Positions 49,705 to 63,185 are shown, counted from the stretch's first letter. The stretch: DNA of 64,000 nucleotides from Octopus vulgaris (GCA_951406725.2 OX597828.1:59148001-59212000), one strand, 5' to 3'. Translations and numbers: made by a program. Notes: generated by a model from the sequence alone, not told the origin.

Positions 49705-49907
49705 TAAATCTCTTTAACAATTCACAATAATGACTTTTATTACTGTTATTCCAACCTCAGTTCATCTAATTGTATATATCTATCGTTACTTTCCATAAAA
49801 AGTCCTTATTTTGTTTTGATTTCCATTGTGCATTTTCGCTTATTTTTCTTCTTACTTTCCCCTTACATTTCCATGCGTAGTTTCTATTTTCTTTTTGTAA
49901 TATATTC

Positions 49908-49955
<48 letters not shown>

Positions 49956-52155
49956 TTAGACTTGGATATATACCTGATAGTATGCTGATTAATATTCAAT
50001 TAATACATTTCTACTGACCATGATATTATTGTTTGAGCAATCGATATTTATATACTGTGTTGTTGATACCCTTATTGTGCTATTGATATTCATCTTGTAT
50101 CTCATTGTATGAAAACTCCCACGCATATGTGCATATAACTATCACACCCATAAAGACCTGGCTTTCTGTATATCCATACATACCTGTCGATGTGGCAGTG
50201 TGTGTCCATGAGGCCATGTATGTATACGTGCATGTGTCTATATAATCATTATCATCAGCATCGTTTAACATCCGTTTTCCGTGCTAGCATGGGTTGGACA
50301 GTTCGACCGGGGTCTGGGAAGCCAGGAGGCTGCACCAGGCTCCAGTCTGATCTGGCAGTGTTTCTACAGTTGGATGCCCTTCCTAACGCCAACCACACCG
50401 TGAGTGTAGTGGGTGCTTTTTACTTGCCACCTCGGAGGAATTTGAACTCAGAACGTAGTGGCAGACGAAATACCGATAAGCATTTCGCCCGGCGTGCTAA
50501 CGTTTCTGCCAGCTCGCCTCCTAGGTTGCCATCTATCATGAAGTGTTAAAGCAAAACAAAACAGTTAATGTGAAAAAGTATTGTCATCAATTAAAAGCAT
50601 TGCACAAAAATTTGCAAAGCACCTGTCATTGATCATTTGTAAAGGGTTGTTACTCTTATACAATAAGACAAGATCACATTTTGCCCAGGTCACTTAAGAT
50701 AAGAATATGGCACTAAATATGGAAGTTTTGCCTCATTCTCTTTAATCTCCTGTGCTTGCTTCATCTGACTTTCATCTTTTCAGATCATTGTAACATTATT
50801 TTGAGGGAAAACAATTTATTAAATGTGTAAAGTTAAAAATGATATCGAATGTTTTTTTGTTTTGAAACTTGAAGAATAATGATCAAGGATGATTATGCTA
50901 TGAATAATGAAGGGGGAATATTACCTGTGATTAAATATAGCAATTAGGTCTATGGAAGTTTTTTTTTTTCATCTTGAAATGCAATAGGACTCAAGGTACC
51001 ACACAGCGGGACTGAATCTGGAAGCATGTGGTTAGGATGTGTATGTGTGTGGATGTATGTATACACTTATACAAATATGTAATGTTTGAATGTATGTGTG
51101 TGTGAAGATGTATATACACACACACAAATATGTTACTTTGTGTGCTTGTGTATGTATATATATATATAATATAAAATAATGATGTTAAAAAGAGAGGCAG
51201 AATAATTATAAGCCAGTAATTTTATTAAAAATAAATATAATACATAAAAATGTCAAGTGAGGTTTATGTGCAACTTCAGTTTAGCGAAAACTGGGTATTT
51301 CCTATTTCTAAATTACAAGCGAAGATAAAATATATATATATAAAAACACCATTTTAAAGATGCATCTTGTGATGACCAAAATCAAAAATTATAACATAAA
51401 AAAAATGTGTCTGAGAAACAAGAAGAAAAGCAGTTGTTGACATAAAAATACTTGGAAAAGAAATTAAATGCAAAAATGTACAAATTTAGTGAATAAGGAA
51501 AAGTATGAATGAGGCGTTCATTTTTTTTTTCTTTCCAAATAAGCACATGCACTGTGTACTTGTTCCTCACTTCAGCTTCATTATTACTATTCTTATCTCA
51601 ATGTCCTTTTGTTAGATTTCAAACAGAGGACAAAGGAGACGAAGGACTCTAAGATAAGAATAATATTAAAGCTGCTACGAAGAACCGGTCGTACACAGTA
51701 CATGTGGTTACTTAGCCAAAAACAAAAGAAAAAATAAAGACCATCCCCAAATATTACAATATCTGTTTCAACACATGATTTCACATCAGGAATCTTGCAA
51801 AACGAATGCATAAACATAAAAAAGATGAAGCTTTCTTTGAAAGTATCTTGGAATGATCAGCAGAAGAGAGTAATTGTTACGATTACTGTAAAAAATCCCA
51901 TATTGTTCTATGGCAGCAATTTGTATGTGTGAGTGCATATACATACATACATACATACATACATATGTATATATATGTATATATATACATACATATAGTA
52001 ATAATAATATACATATATTCTCTCTCTCTCCATATATATATATACACACACACACATACACACATATATATATACATGTATAATATGAATGCATATATAT
52101 ACGTGCATGTGTGTATGCATCTGTACATATACGCATACATATTTATGTATGTATG

Positions 52156-52197
<42 letters not shown>

Positions 52198-52389
52198 CCT
52201 GCTCACTTAGCCAGAGGGGTGGCGTCATTTAGAGGCTAAAACAATGCGAAGCGCATTGTGACCAGCGATGTGTAGCAACATCTGATAACCTGGTCGGTCA
52301 CAGTGATATATATATATATAGAGAGAGAGAGAGGGAGAGAGAGAGAGAGAGACACACACACACAGACCACACACACACGCACACACACA

Positions 52390-52447
<58 letters not shown>

Positions 52448-52629
52448 AGGTTAAGATTATAAAAGTGGTTTTATTCTTAATGATTTTTTTTTTCTTTTTA
52501 AAAAAATTTGTGGAGGAATACATTCCAAATTTTAACTTGAAAGCCAAAGAAAAAATCATATCATGTTCTGGATTCCATGCTATAGCAATGCTTTTTGGAA
52601 AGTAACTGTTCAATGACGCTGGAGATTGC

Positions 52630-52690
<61 letters not shown>

Positions 52691-52749
52691 TGAAGCTGTA
52701 ATAAAGAAGTCAAACTTAATAGTGATATTTTGAAATCCTTTAATATATA

Positions 52750-54269
52750 CACTGGCGAAAATAAATTTAAGACCGATGATAAAAGTTCTATTTCTTACAA
52801 AATATTTTGTTACTAACACCATATAAATTATTTTTATCTTTTACACCTTATGCAGAATTTATTTCTCTTTCGAATGATGCAGACAATAACTATTTTTGTA
52901 CAACTTGAAGAATTCTAATGCTAAATTAATGTAAATGTTTCAAATTTACCGGCAAAATTAGTTTAAGACTGTATCATTATAATTTTATTTAAATAAAAAA
53001 TGAGCAACAAGAACGAAATACATATTAGTACTTTGTGCCGTAGCCTTTATTCTTAATAACAGCTGAACAACGCCTCGGCTTTGAATTCGCTAAGTGATTA
53101 AAAAATTCTTTGGGAATGTTTTGCCATATTTCAATGATATAATCGCATAATTGTTTTAGATTAGATAGTTTTTTGGCATGGACTTTTTTGGAAACATAAT
53201 CCCACAAGTTCTCGATTGGATTCAGGTCCGGGCTCTGGGGAGGCCTGCTGATAAATAGCCCCCGGAGGTGAGTCAAATATGGCACAACATTATCCTTTAG
53301 TAGATTCATATAACCTACACTATTTAGTTTTCCATCAACCTTAACTAGAGGGCCAACACCAAAACTACTATCTGCCGCCCACATCATCACATCTCCACCC
53401 CACGCTTGCGTCGTCTTTTTCATGCATTTCGGATGGAATTCCTCGGTTGGGCGACGTCTGACGTATGTTTTACCATCTGATCCAAATATACAGAAGCATC
53501 ATTCGTCACTCCAAAGGAACCTGCACCAATCTTCAGTTGTCCATTGAGCATGGGTTTTTGTGAAAATAAGATGTTTGAATCGATTTCTTTCGGATATTAT
53601 TGGCTTTTTACTAGTGATTCGTCCATGTAGTCCAAATTCTCTCAAACGGTTGCGGACTGTTTGTGGTGTAAAAATAACACCATTTTCGTTGGACAATTGT
53701 TTACAAATGTCAATGACTGTCGGCATTCGGTTGCCTTCTGAAAGTTGGTGGATTCGATGGTCCAACTGCACCATCGTTTTTCTTGGGGCGCCAGTCCTTT
53801 GTCGATCTTTATATTGACCAGTCTCCGAGTATAACTTCCATGCTTGCATGCAAGCCGATTTACTGCACTTTAGTTGCTTGCTGATGTTCGAAAAGGAAAC
53901 TTTTTGCTGGTGGAGTAATACGATTTTTGCTCTCGTGACTAGACTGAGGCTACGCTGTTTTCCCATTATTAATCAATTGTATAATAACGTTAAATTATAA
54001 CACTATCTAGGCTAGTCGTGCGACCACCCATTTTGGCAAAAAAAAAAATACATATTATATGGTCTTAAACTAATTTTGCTGGTAAATTTGAAACGTTTAT
54101 ATTAATTTAGCATTAGAATTCTTCAAGTTGTATAAAAATAGTTATTCGAAAGAGAAATAAATTCTGCATAAGGTGTAAAAGATAAAAATAATTTGTATGG
54201 TGTTAGTAATAAAATATTTTGTAAGAAATAGAACTTTTATCATCGGTCTTAAATTTATTCTTGCCTGTG
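52750..54269 (-). mobile_element. Full-length but inactive Tc1-like DNA transposon with ~210-220-bp IR/DR-type TIRs
   Basis: TA flanks at 52748-49 and 54270-71. TIRs 52750-~52969 and ~54061-54269, each with two TTTAAGAC repeats. Transposase lies inside. Confidence 0.93.
53025..53966 (-). pseudogene. Tc1 transposase pseudogene
   Basis: HTH N-terminus with a GAPRKT linker; WSDE followed by an in-frame TGA (53499-501); SPDLNPIENLW present. The QDNA segment (second catalytic Asp) is missing. Confidence 0.92.
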
Positions 54270-54995
54270 TACGCTTAAGGTCTGCTTAATATATAATAGG
54301 AAATTTAACCATTATGTAAGACCTTCCTTGGTTAAAACATTTCAAAATACGAAACAATTGATGGAAATATTTCAGTATATATGGTCAGAACCATAAATCA
54401 GTTACTAAGGTAGATAACTATTTATATAAAGGTAAAGAAAGAAGGGAGATAGAAGGAGAGAAAGTGAGAGAGAAAAGAAGAGGATATATATATATAGTGA
54501 GGTAGTGGGGAAGAAAGGAAGATGTACCAATGAACAGTATTGAAAGGAAATGAGACGGTTGTATCTATTTGGTTTGACTTTATTATTACAACTTATATGA
54601 CTCAATATCAGTACAAACTAGCTGGTCAGGACTACATTTATGCGGATACACTAACAAAAATTTGGAGTAATTTGAGTTGAAAATTCTGGTGCCGTGCACC
54701 CTCCCAATACTGGAAACCATTAATTGTTATTGTATGTTGTTGTTGTTGATAATGATGTCGATGTAGTTGTAGTAAATTAGTTGCCGCAGCAACAGAAGTC
54801 ATTGTATTGCAGTAATGATTGTGACAGTAGAAGTAGTAGTTGTTGTGGTAGCTGTATAGTTTGGTATGTTTTTTAGGTTTTTGTAGTTTTGAAATAATTA
54901 TTCCTGATGATTTTAAACTGAAGAATTGTCAAAGGATTAACTCTTTGTCATTGACAATGTCTTTTGCTGATCTGGTGCTCACAGCGAGCACTTAC

Positions 54996-55313
54996 TCATA
55001 AAATTGTGTCTTCAATATTCATAGTGTCTTTTTCGGGTCTGAACTGGTCAATTGGTATGACTAGGCCCTCGGTTCCATCAAGTGGCTGCGAGTTGAAGTC
55101 ATTAGGATGGCTTCTCATGGTCAAATTATTCAGGTCATTGATTGCTTTGATGCTGTTTGAGTAGGATAGGTTGTTACCTGGATTGACACCATGATAAGAA
55201 CTGCCAAGGCTGCTCCCTAATTTCTCTTCTTTCTCATCATGAAGGATAACATCATCACTGTAGGGGCTTTCGTTAATCAAAGCATCTCGTCGAGGGACCA
55301 CAGTCACATGATA
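54996..55313 (-). CDS. Terminal exon of a single-pass membrane protein: cytoplasmic tail ending EDTIL
   Basis: Acceptor ttttacAG (55314-16); YHVTVVPRRDALINESPYSDD...MNIEDTIL, stop. Phase 0 matches the donor at 59659. Confidence 0.8.
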   Translation of the reverse strand, partial: YHVTVVPRRDALINESPYSDDVILHDEKEEKLGSSLGSSYHGVNPGNNLSYSNSIKAINDLNNLTMRSHPNDFNSQPLDGTEGLVIPIDQFRPEKDTMNIEDTIL

Positions 55314-57064
55314 CTGTAAAATGAAACATCAAATAGATAAAAAAATGAATATTGTCAATTATAGAAGTTGTATGATATTTAAATGATACTTATAATTAAA
55401 ACCATTTAATAATTAACTGGACCAGGTATATTTAAAGGGAAAATTTGACAAGTCAGTCAGCCACCGGCTGACACTCGCTGACGATACATCGAAGAGGCCA
55501 GGGAACAGAAGAAAGAAGAAGAAAGACGTGCACCCAACACCAGAGCTGAAGACACCTTCGAAAGTGGGGGCCCCACCATGTCAAAACGGTAGAGGTGTAG
55601 GGGCCAAAACCGGACGTGGTTCCTCCTGATGATGTCTTGAGCTAACTGGATCCTATAAAGGAGCTGTTGTGGTAGCAGACCACGAAACACGGTTGTAATT
55701 CCTCCATGATGATAAAAAAGAGTGCAGGAGTAATATTATCAATTAATGATGGAGGCAGTTAATAATGGATCTTTTCTGGAACAAGTGAGTAATAATATGA
55801 GATTCAGCATGAAAAATTACATCAATATACCAAATTTGAAAATGTTTACCTAATTCTAAAATTTCAGAAAGTGAAAGTCAAACGGAAAAGATCAGAGTAA
55901 GTTCATGGTCAGATGAGCATAATTTGAATACTAAATTTTATACCTACAAATACAACTGAGATACAAGCAGTTTGAATTAGAAAGTTAATTTAACCAATTG
56001 CTCATAATTATCAATAATTCCTCAACAAGAGGTAATTGGAACCGCAGATATACTAGCCAAGTTAATGTAGAATTTCACTTAAATTTCAAATAAGATATTA
56101 AGAGAAATAGATGATTTTATCGGAAAATTCTTTGCTCAAATGCTACAAATTCATCATCATCATCGTTTAACGTCCGTTTTCCATGTTAGCATGGGTTGGA
56201 CGGTTCGACTAGGGTCTGGGAAGCCAGGAGGCTGCACCAGGCTCCAGTCTGATCTGGCAGTGTTTCTACAGCTGGATGCCTTTCCTGACGCCAACCACTC
56301 CGTGAGTGTAGTGTGTGCTTTTTAGGTGCTACCGACACGGAAGCCAGTCATGGCGGCGCTGGCTTCGGTCACGTACAGATGGTGCTTTTTACGTGCCACC
56401 GACGCAGGTGCCAGCGGAGGCTGGCAACGGCCACGATCGGTTGGTGCTTTTTTCGTGCCACCGGCAGGGAAGCCAGTCAAGGCAGCGCTGGCATCGGCCA
56501 CGTACGGATGAATTCAAGATAAAAATTAGTTCTGATTCTTGGTACATTAGATGATATTAGATCTGTTGGCAATGTCATATATGGAACCATATTTTGTGCT
56601 TTCCTTAAACCAGGTGAGGTCATACACACATTTGTAAGTCATTGTTTTTGTTGTAAATATTTTATCATCTAGAATTAAAAATTCAAGTTCTTTTTCTGCT
56701 TCGATTCTGTTGAACTTGTAAACGGGGTCAATAACCCCCATTCACTTACCCATTAAATCTATTGTTCCTTATTAACATTCTCATTCCTCTTATTATACAG
56801 GTGTTTGATTTTAGATCAAACAATCATCATGTCATATAACCAACTGTCTATGCAAGCAGGTGAACCATTTCAACCTGGATCTCTCTATATTATTTGATCC
56901 AAGAAAGTTGTGGTTGGATATACCTGTTACTTGTTATAAATTTTCAACTGTTTCTTCGTTTTTTATTTATTTTTTTATTAATAACTGGCCGAAATTACAG
57001 AGTGATTCAAGGGCCAAGTGTTTTATACATTGGCACTTACCAAACTAATAATATATATATATAT

Positions 57065-57265
57065 ATTAAAAGAAAAGTTTTTTAAAAGGAATATTTATAT
57101 AGTGTTCAAATATAAGTGGCATTCTGCCTTTCTCTGTCTCCCTTGTTTGCACTTGTGTGTTCGAGTCGAACACACAAGTGCAAACAAGGGAGACAGAGAA
57201 AGGCAGAATGCCACTTATATTTGAACACTATATAAATATTCCTTTTAAAAAACTTTTCTTTTAAT
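57065..57265. repeat. Perfect palindrome, 100-bp arms with a 1-nt centre
   Basis: ...ACTTGTGTGTTCGA G TCGAACACACAAGT..., centred at 57165. No mismatches seen by eye. Confidence 0.95.
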
Positions 57266-57293
57266 TTTTCTAAATTTAATTATTTAATCGTTA

Positions 57294-57330
57294 CAGTTGA
57301 AAGGTCTCAAAATGACCGAAACCGGTACTG
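57294..57330 (+). ncRNA. Minimal hammerhead-like motif (core UUGAAA, one nucleotide short)
   Basis: CAG TTGAAA GGTC-TCAAAAT-GACC GAAAC CG GTA CTG. Confidence 0.5.
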
Positions 57331-57378
57331 AAATGTTCTTTATAAAATTATTTTAGCATTTTCTATTTTGCCTTGTTT

Positions 57379-57548
<170 letters not shown>

Positions 57549-59658
57549 GTGGAGGCGCAATGGCCTAGTGGTTAGGGCAGCGGACTCGCGGTTGCAGGAT
57601 CGCGGATTCGATTCCCAGACCGGGCGTTGTGTGTGTTTATTGAGCGAAAACACCTAAAAAGCTCCACGAGGCTCCGGCAGGGGGTGGTGATCCCTGCTGT
57701 ACTCTTTCACCACTCTTTCTCCCACTCTTTCTTCTGTTGGCCTGCTCGCTTAGCCAGCGGGGTGGCGTCATTCGAAGGCTAAAACAATGCGAACGCATTG
57801 TGACCAGCGATGTGTAACAACGTCTGATTGTCTGGTCGGTCACGTGATCACGTGATATATATATATATATATATATACATATATGTAGAGTCACGTGGCT
57901 TAGTGATTCAGCATAATGTCAGCATGATGATCGTAAGATTGTGGTTTCGATTCCTGGACCAGGCAACGCATGTTCTTGAGCAAAACACTTCATTTCACGT
58001 TGCTCCAGTCCACTCAGCTGGCAAAAGTGAGTAACGCTGCGATAGACTGGCGTCCCGTCCAGCTGGGGAACACATACACCATTGAAACCGGGAAACCGGG
58101 CCCATGAGCCTGGCTAGGCTTTAAAAGGGCGCATTTATATATATATATACTCGTTTTGTGTTCTATTTTCCTGTTTGCATCACTGAACCAAATGTTTCAT
58201 TGTTGATATCTTTTCATGTTAGGGGTGCTCACAGTTTACACCTGATAGATACTTTCATCTTGTCAGCATTATAGACCCCAGGACAAAGTAATGCATTTGG
58301 AATCCAACGTACTCAACCACAGCATACATAGTTCGGCAGCAGGCCCCTAGATCCCTAAGATTGCCTGATCAACTGCCCAGTGGGTTTATGCTTAACCTGG
58401 CATTGCCAATAGGTATCATTCAAACAGTGTTATTGTTACAATATGTAGTTCTTCTAATAGCTTTGATTGCTTTGAACTTACTTTTGTAGTAGAAGAGTGC
58501 ATTTCATTGAAACAAATACTTTATTAGCAACATTGTAATATTGTTATACCCAGAGCTCAGAATATTGCTTAAGGAGACTGGAAAAAATTTATATCACTCA
58601 GAGTAGATTAGAGCTCTTACAAATATGTAAAAAGAGGAGAAATAAGACAGCAATAATAATTGGAACATCTGTTCGATTCTTTCAATACTTGCATCCTCTT
58701 CAAGAAACCACAAATTGACAACAAGCACCATCTTTACAATAGAAATCTGTACAGCATTTAATTTCTTGCAGCACACGAGACTGCTTTTTGTTTTAAGTCT
58801 TTAAACCAAAGAAAGAAACATTGTTTTCGTTTTCCAGTTGTTAGTGGCAATATTGACTACAAAAAGAAGAACAAGAGATAACAATTATTTCTTACACTAA
58901 CACAAAGCTATCAGAGATATAGGTCCATAGAAAAGAGGAGTGATGCTGATGAGGCGTATGTTTTCCTCAAGTGTATTGAGTAAAATGTAAGTAATACTAT
59001 AAGTAAAAACTATAAAATGAATTCGGTATTGTCACTACACTACAGTACAAACGACCACAACATGACCATAGTGGTGGTTGTGATTGTGGTAGTGAGAAAG
59101 ATGAGGATGAAGTAGGTGATGATAATACAGAAAATAATAATGAGGAGGAGGAGTAGGCGGAGAAGAAAGGGGGAAATGTATTTGTTCGTTAACATTGAAA
59201 GGAAAACAAAGAGAGTACGAAACGATGTTTTCTGTACATCGTTGATTGTTTTCGTTCGTAAATCATTGATGACGTCTCTTGTCAGTAACGAAGCGAATAA
59301 TAAATCGAATGATCTTGTGAATAGTTGATAGCATTGGGGGAAGTTGTCAGGTGTCACTTGTTACAAACACACGCATACATACGCACGCATACATACGCAT
59401 TCGTACTCACTCTTTCTCTCTTCTGTCACAAACACACACGCAGACATTTACACGATCTAGAACCCACGTTTTATAAATATATTTCATAAACACACGGGTC
59501 TAAAAAAAATTCTCTCTCTCACACACACGCTCATACCCAAAAATTACTCCACACATCTCTCTCTCTCTCTCTCTCTCTCACACACGCACACACGTACATA
59601 TGCTTTCATATTCAAAGGTCAGAGAAACTGAGAATAAAAAGGAAACAATTTGTCTCAC

Positions 59659-59814
59659 CTGTTCGGCTAACGCCCGATCCCAATGGCCCGAATGGCGTTG
59701 GCAATAGAGGTACATACAGCTGGATAGTAGGAGTATAAGACAAAGAAACCCAATTATCATTAAAATGATAAATAGAGCCAAATATTCTTGGAAGATGTCC
59801 TGTGATGGTTCAGC
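59659..59814 (-). CDS. Transmembrane-domain exon of the single-pass membrane protein
   Basis: AEPSQDIFQEYLALFIILMIIGFLCLILLLSSCMYLYCQRHSGHWDRALAEQ; 156 nt, acceptor caacAG, donor GTGAGA. Confidence 0.82.
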
Positions 59815-60510
59815 CTGTTGGGGAGAGAGAGACATAGAAAGGATTGACGGTAAGGATAAAAAGAGAAAACCAAATGGAAAAATAATTTTATATGTGTTTG
59901 CGTGTGTGTGTGTGTATTCTTTTACTTGTTTCAGACGCCAGACTGTGACCATGCCGGAGCACAATCTTGAAGAATTTTAGTCGAACAAACTGACTTAAAA
60001 AAAAAAAAAAAATTTTGTACCTATTCTATCGGGTACTGTTGCCGAACTGCTAGGTTTGGGGAACGTAAACACACCAATACCGGTTGTCAAACGGAGGCGA
60101 GGGACAAACACAAACATAAACACACACACACGTGCGCACACACACACACACACACAATGAACTTTTCAGTTTCCGTCTACCAAATCCACTCACAAGCCTT
60201 TCGTTAGCCCCAGACTTGCCCAATATGGCACGCAGTGGGACTGAACCCAGAGCAACGTTTATAATAATAATATATTATTATAAATGATCTTACCATTCTT
60301 TTTACTTTACATGAAATATTCTTGACATTCTACAGTTGATTTATTACCATTTATTTACGAGTTTTATAAATTTTATAGGTAAAATATTTTTCTGGGAACG
60401 AATTACGATTTATAATATTGCTACTATGGGATTTTATTGCTCTGCTTTCGAGTTTTCGCTTTACGAGCAGTCTCCGGGAACAAATTAATTCGTGTATCGG
60501 GGCATTACTG

Positions 60511-60585
<75 letters not shown>

Positions 60586-60899
60586 GTGTGTGTGTTTCAT
60601 GTACTGAAAGCACGACAGATTTTTTTAACACGTCTGGTGTCCTAGCACAAGCTTCGAGTACTGCCCACATAGCATAACAAACTACATATGTGTCGATAGG
60701 ATAAAGGAAAAAATAAGAAAAAGCGAGTAAGAAGTAGATATAGAAGGTGGAAAATTGTAAAAATGGAAAGCGGAAAAGAAAATAGAAAGAAGCAAAAGGA
60801 GAGGATTAGAACTATTACTCCTTAAACCGTAAAAATATAAGACTGAAAAGATAATGGCTTACAGTCTGTAGTACAATTGTTCAATCTAGAGAGGGTGTT

Positions 60900-61565
60900 A
60901 CTTGCCAATTCGTCAACAGGAACTTAGCCATATGCTTACAACCGCTGAAAATTTTGGATCGCAAATACAGCAGTGTGTTAGAGTTCTTAGATCTGAAAAG
61001 GGTCTGAGTTTTTTCAGTTACGCATAGCTTACATTATTTTTTTGTTCCGTTAACATATGATGTGGATTTTTTCGACTATTTGTCCTATGTGGTGTGGCGT
61101 TCGACTTCAAACCTCATACGTAGCTAGCCAACTTAGTAGCTTTACTTTTGTCCCTGTGTCGGAAGGAAGATATGTGATTAGCATAGCGATTTTTCAATTC
61201 GCCTATAGATAGTCCGATATAGCTATTCTTATCGGTTGTGTTATCATCTAGCATTACTGTAACTTCTGCCTCATATATGATGAATTTAATTATACATCCC
61301 TGGTTGGGTGAACATGTTCCTGGGTCTCGACAGTTACAATAGGAAGTGGGCTCTTGGTGTTGTTTTTGTGTAATGATGCTTTTCATATTGAGACAGCAGC
61401 TGCATGATAGTTTCACTGAGTGCCAGTTAAATATTTTCCTGTACCTGTGATTTTCTGGAAAACGCTTGTTTTCGAGAGACAGGAAACTTTTACCTATGTT
61501 ACTTTTTACATTAAGGGAAAAGGTAGAGGTGAACCAAATCATTTTTTCTAGGTTTATTTTCAAAT
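60900..61565 (-). mobile_element. Penelope-like element 3' fragment (RT-EN linker plus GIY-YIG)
   Basis: IWFTSTFSLNVKSNIGKSFL...CNCRDPGTC...IIYEAEV...YIGLS..ELKNRYANHISSFRH, then the terminal CKLCVTEK...SKIFSGCKHMAKFLL. Confidence 0.88.
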
Positions 61566-61566
61566 C

Positions 61567-61604
<38 letters not shown>

Positions 61605-62056
61605 CGATTAACATTAGCTGGTTTATATATTAATTTATCCTTAAAGACATTATTGGCTAGAGCATTGTTGTAGTAGGAGGCTGCCTTCTGGAAAATTTCT
61701 TTAGAGAAAATGAGATTAGAAACTCTGATACTAATGTTAGCTATCAGATTTTTAAATACTACAGTGGGGTAACAATACCGTTTATGTATATAGGAAAGTT
61801 TCTCGTTGGGATTTGGTAAAGTTTATAAGAGAAGGAGTTCAGATCCAGGAAAATATCTAAAAAGATCAACTTTAGATGTTTACACATATTACGATGAGCT
61901 TGAACAATTTAATCATAACAACTTGTTACATTTGGTGATCCCGACGTGATTCTAACCTTCTCTACATATGTGTAGGCAGAACTGTACGACGATAAAAGAA
62001 AAAGGTTCGTAGTAAACATTGTTCAGACACTCGTATATTTACTATAAGACATTCAC

Positions 62057-62195
62057 AAAACTTTTTCTGTTACCGTAATTGTTTGATTTGGCGTTACTGT
62101 CTTGTCGAAAGTTGTTATAACTGGTGTTATACTCGTTCTATGGGGAGTAGCAGGTGAAACTGTCGAATTGTGTATGGAATATTTCTCTTTCCAGG
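62057..62195 (-). CDS. Probable upstream S/T/P-rich (mucin-like) exon of the minus-strand membrane protein
   Basis: Acceptor ttttttacAG (62196-98); WKEKYSIHNSTVSPATPHRTSITPVITTFDKTVTPNQTIT. Donor ambiguous (exon end 62074 or 62057). Confidence 0.5.
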
Positions 62196-62251
62196 CTGTA
62201 AAAAATGGAATTCTCTTTTAACATTTAAAAAAGTACTTTGTAGTGGTTGAA

Positions 62252-62301
<50 letters not shown>

Positions 62302-62486
62302 TACAAAATTAGAAAATGGAGAAACATACTTAAATCAATCAAACATCAACCAACATATGATACCCAATCAATACTTTATTACACCATTACATAACAGTAA
62401 AGGCATTATACAAAATATACTGTAAATATAATTAGACAAGGAAATAGAAATATAAAATATAAAATATAATATGTAATTATATCATA

Positions 62487-62597
62487 TCTGACAGCTGTTT
62501 CGGCAGTAAGGGCAATCATGCCTCATTTAACCTATTAGCCATATAAGGCAGGTATAAATGAGACATTAACAAGGATGCCCCACGGCCTCTTCAGAGA
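62487..62597 (-). ncRNA. Type I hammerhead ribozyme with canonical core and long stem II extension
   Basis: Minus strand: TCT CTGAAGA GGCCGTGGGGCA...ATGTCTCATTTA...TAAATGAGGCAT...TGCCCTTACTGCC GAAAC AGCT GTC AGA. Confidence 0.75.
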
Positions 62598-62693
62598 ATT
62601 TAATAAATTATAATTATGAAAAAAATTTTTTTCCATATACATATCAATATAAAAATGTAAAATATAAAAAACGGTGCATAGACACCATAATAC

Positions 62694-62757
<64 letters not shown>

Positions 62758-62932
62758 TTAATACAATAATACAATATACACAAAACAAAATAAAACAAAA
62801 TATATATCAATATATATTAATAAGCTCAGTTATTCTACATATTGAGTTAATAGTTCTAAAGACTACCACACAAGAAGATATATGCACACTCACATTTAAA
62901 TTAAAATCAGACTTTGTATATACATATATATG

Positions 62933-63012
<80 letters not shown>

Positions 63013-63185
63013 CATATATATGTATATATATATATATAAATTAGAGAAGAACCACCATGTAGCAATTCAACAATGATATAATTAAATCATACCATATAGA
63101 AAAAAATTAAATATACGATAAAACATATGCCTATAATTAAGTAAAGTACAAAATAATAAATAAGTAGTATATAATTGGTAAAAAA

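Larger units (their letters stand above)
48626..49865 (+). mobile_element. 5'-truncated Penelope-like element: GIY-YIG endonuclease region flanked by ~205-bp inverted pseudo-LTRs containing hammerhead motifs
   Basis: KKCGQPNCGTCPHL and NLIYAITCLGCGNNYIGQT...RTTLH (ORF 49123-49425, frameshifted). 48626-48830 is the reverse complement of 49655-49865. Confidence 0.88.

Noticed and set aside
59040-59357. 105-aa hydrophobic ORF as an additional TM exon
   Set aside because: Low-complexity origin; the flanking exons at 59659 and 55313 already join in phase without it
61775-61981. Two further small minus-strand exons (SAYTYVEKV.. and YFPGSELLLYKL..)
   Set aside because: Acceptors are plausible, but I could not find phase-consistent donors; RNA-seq is needed
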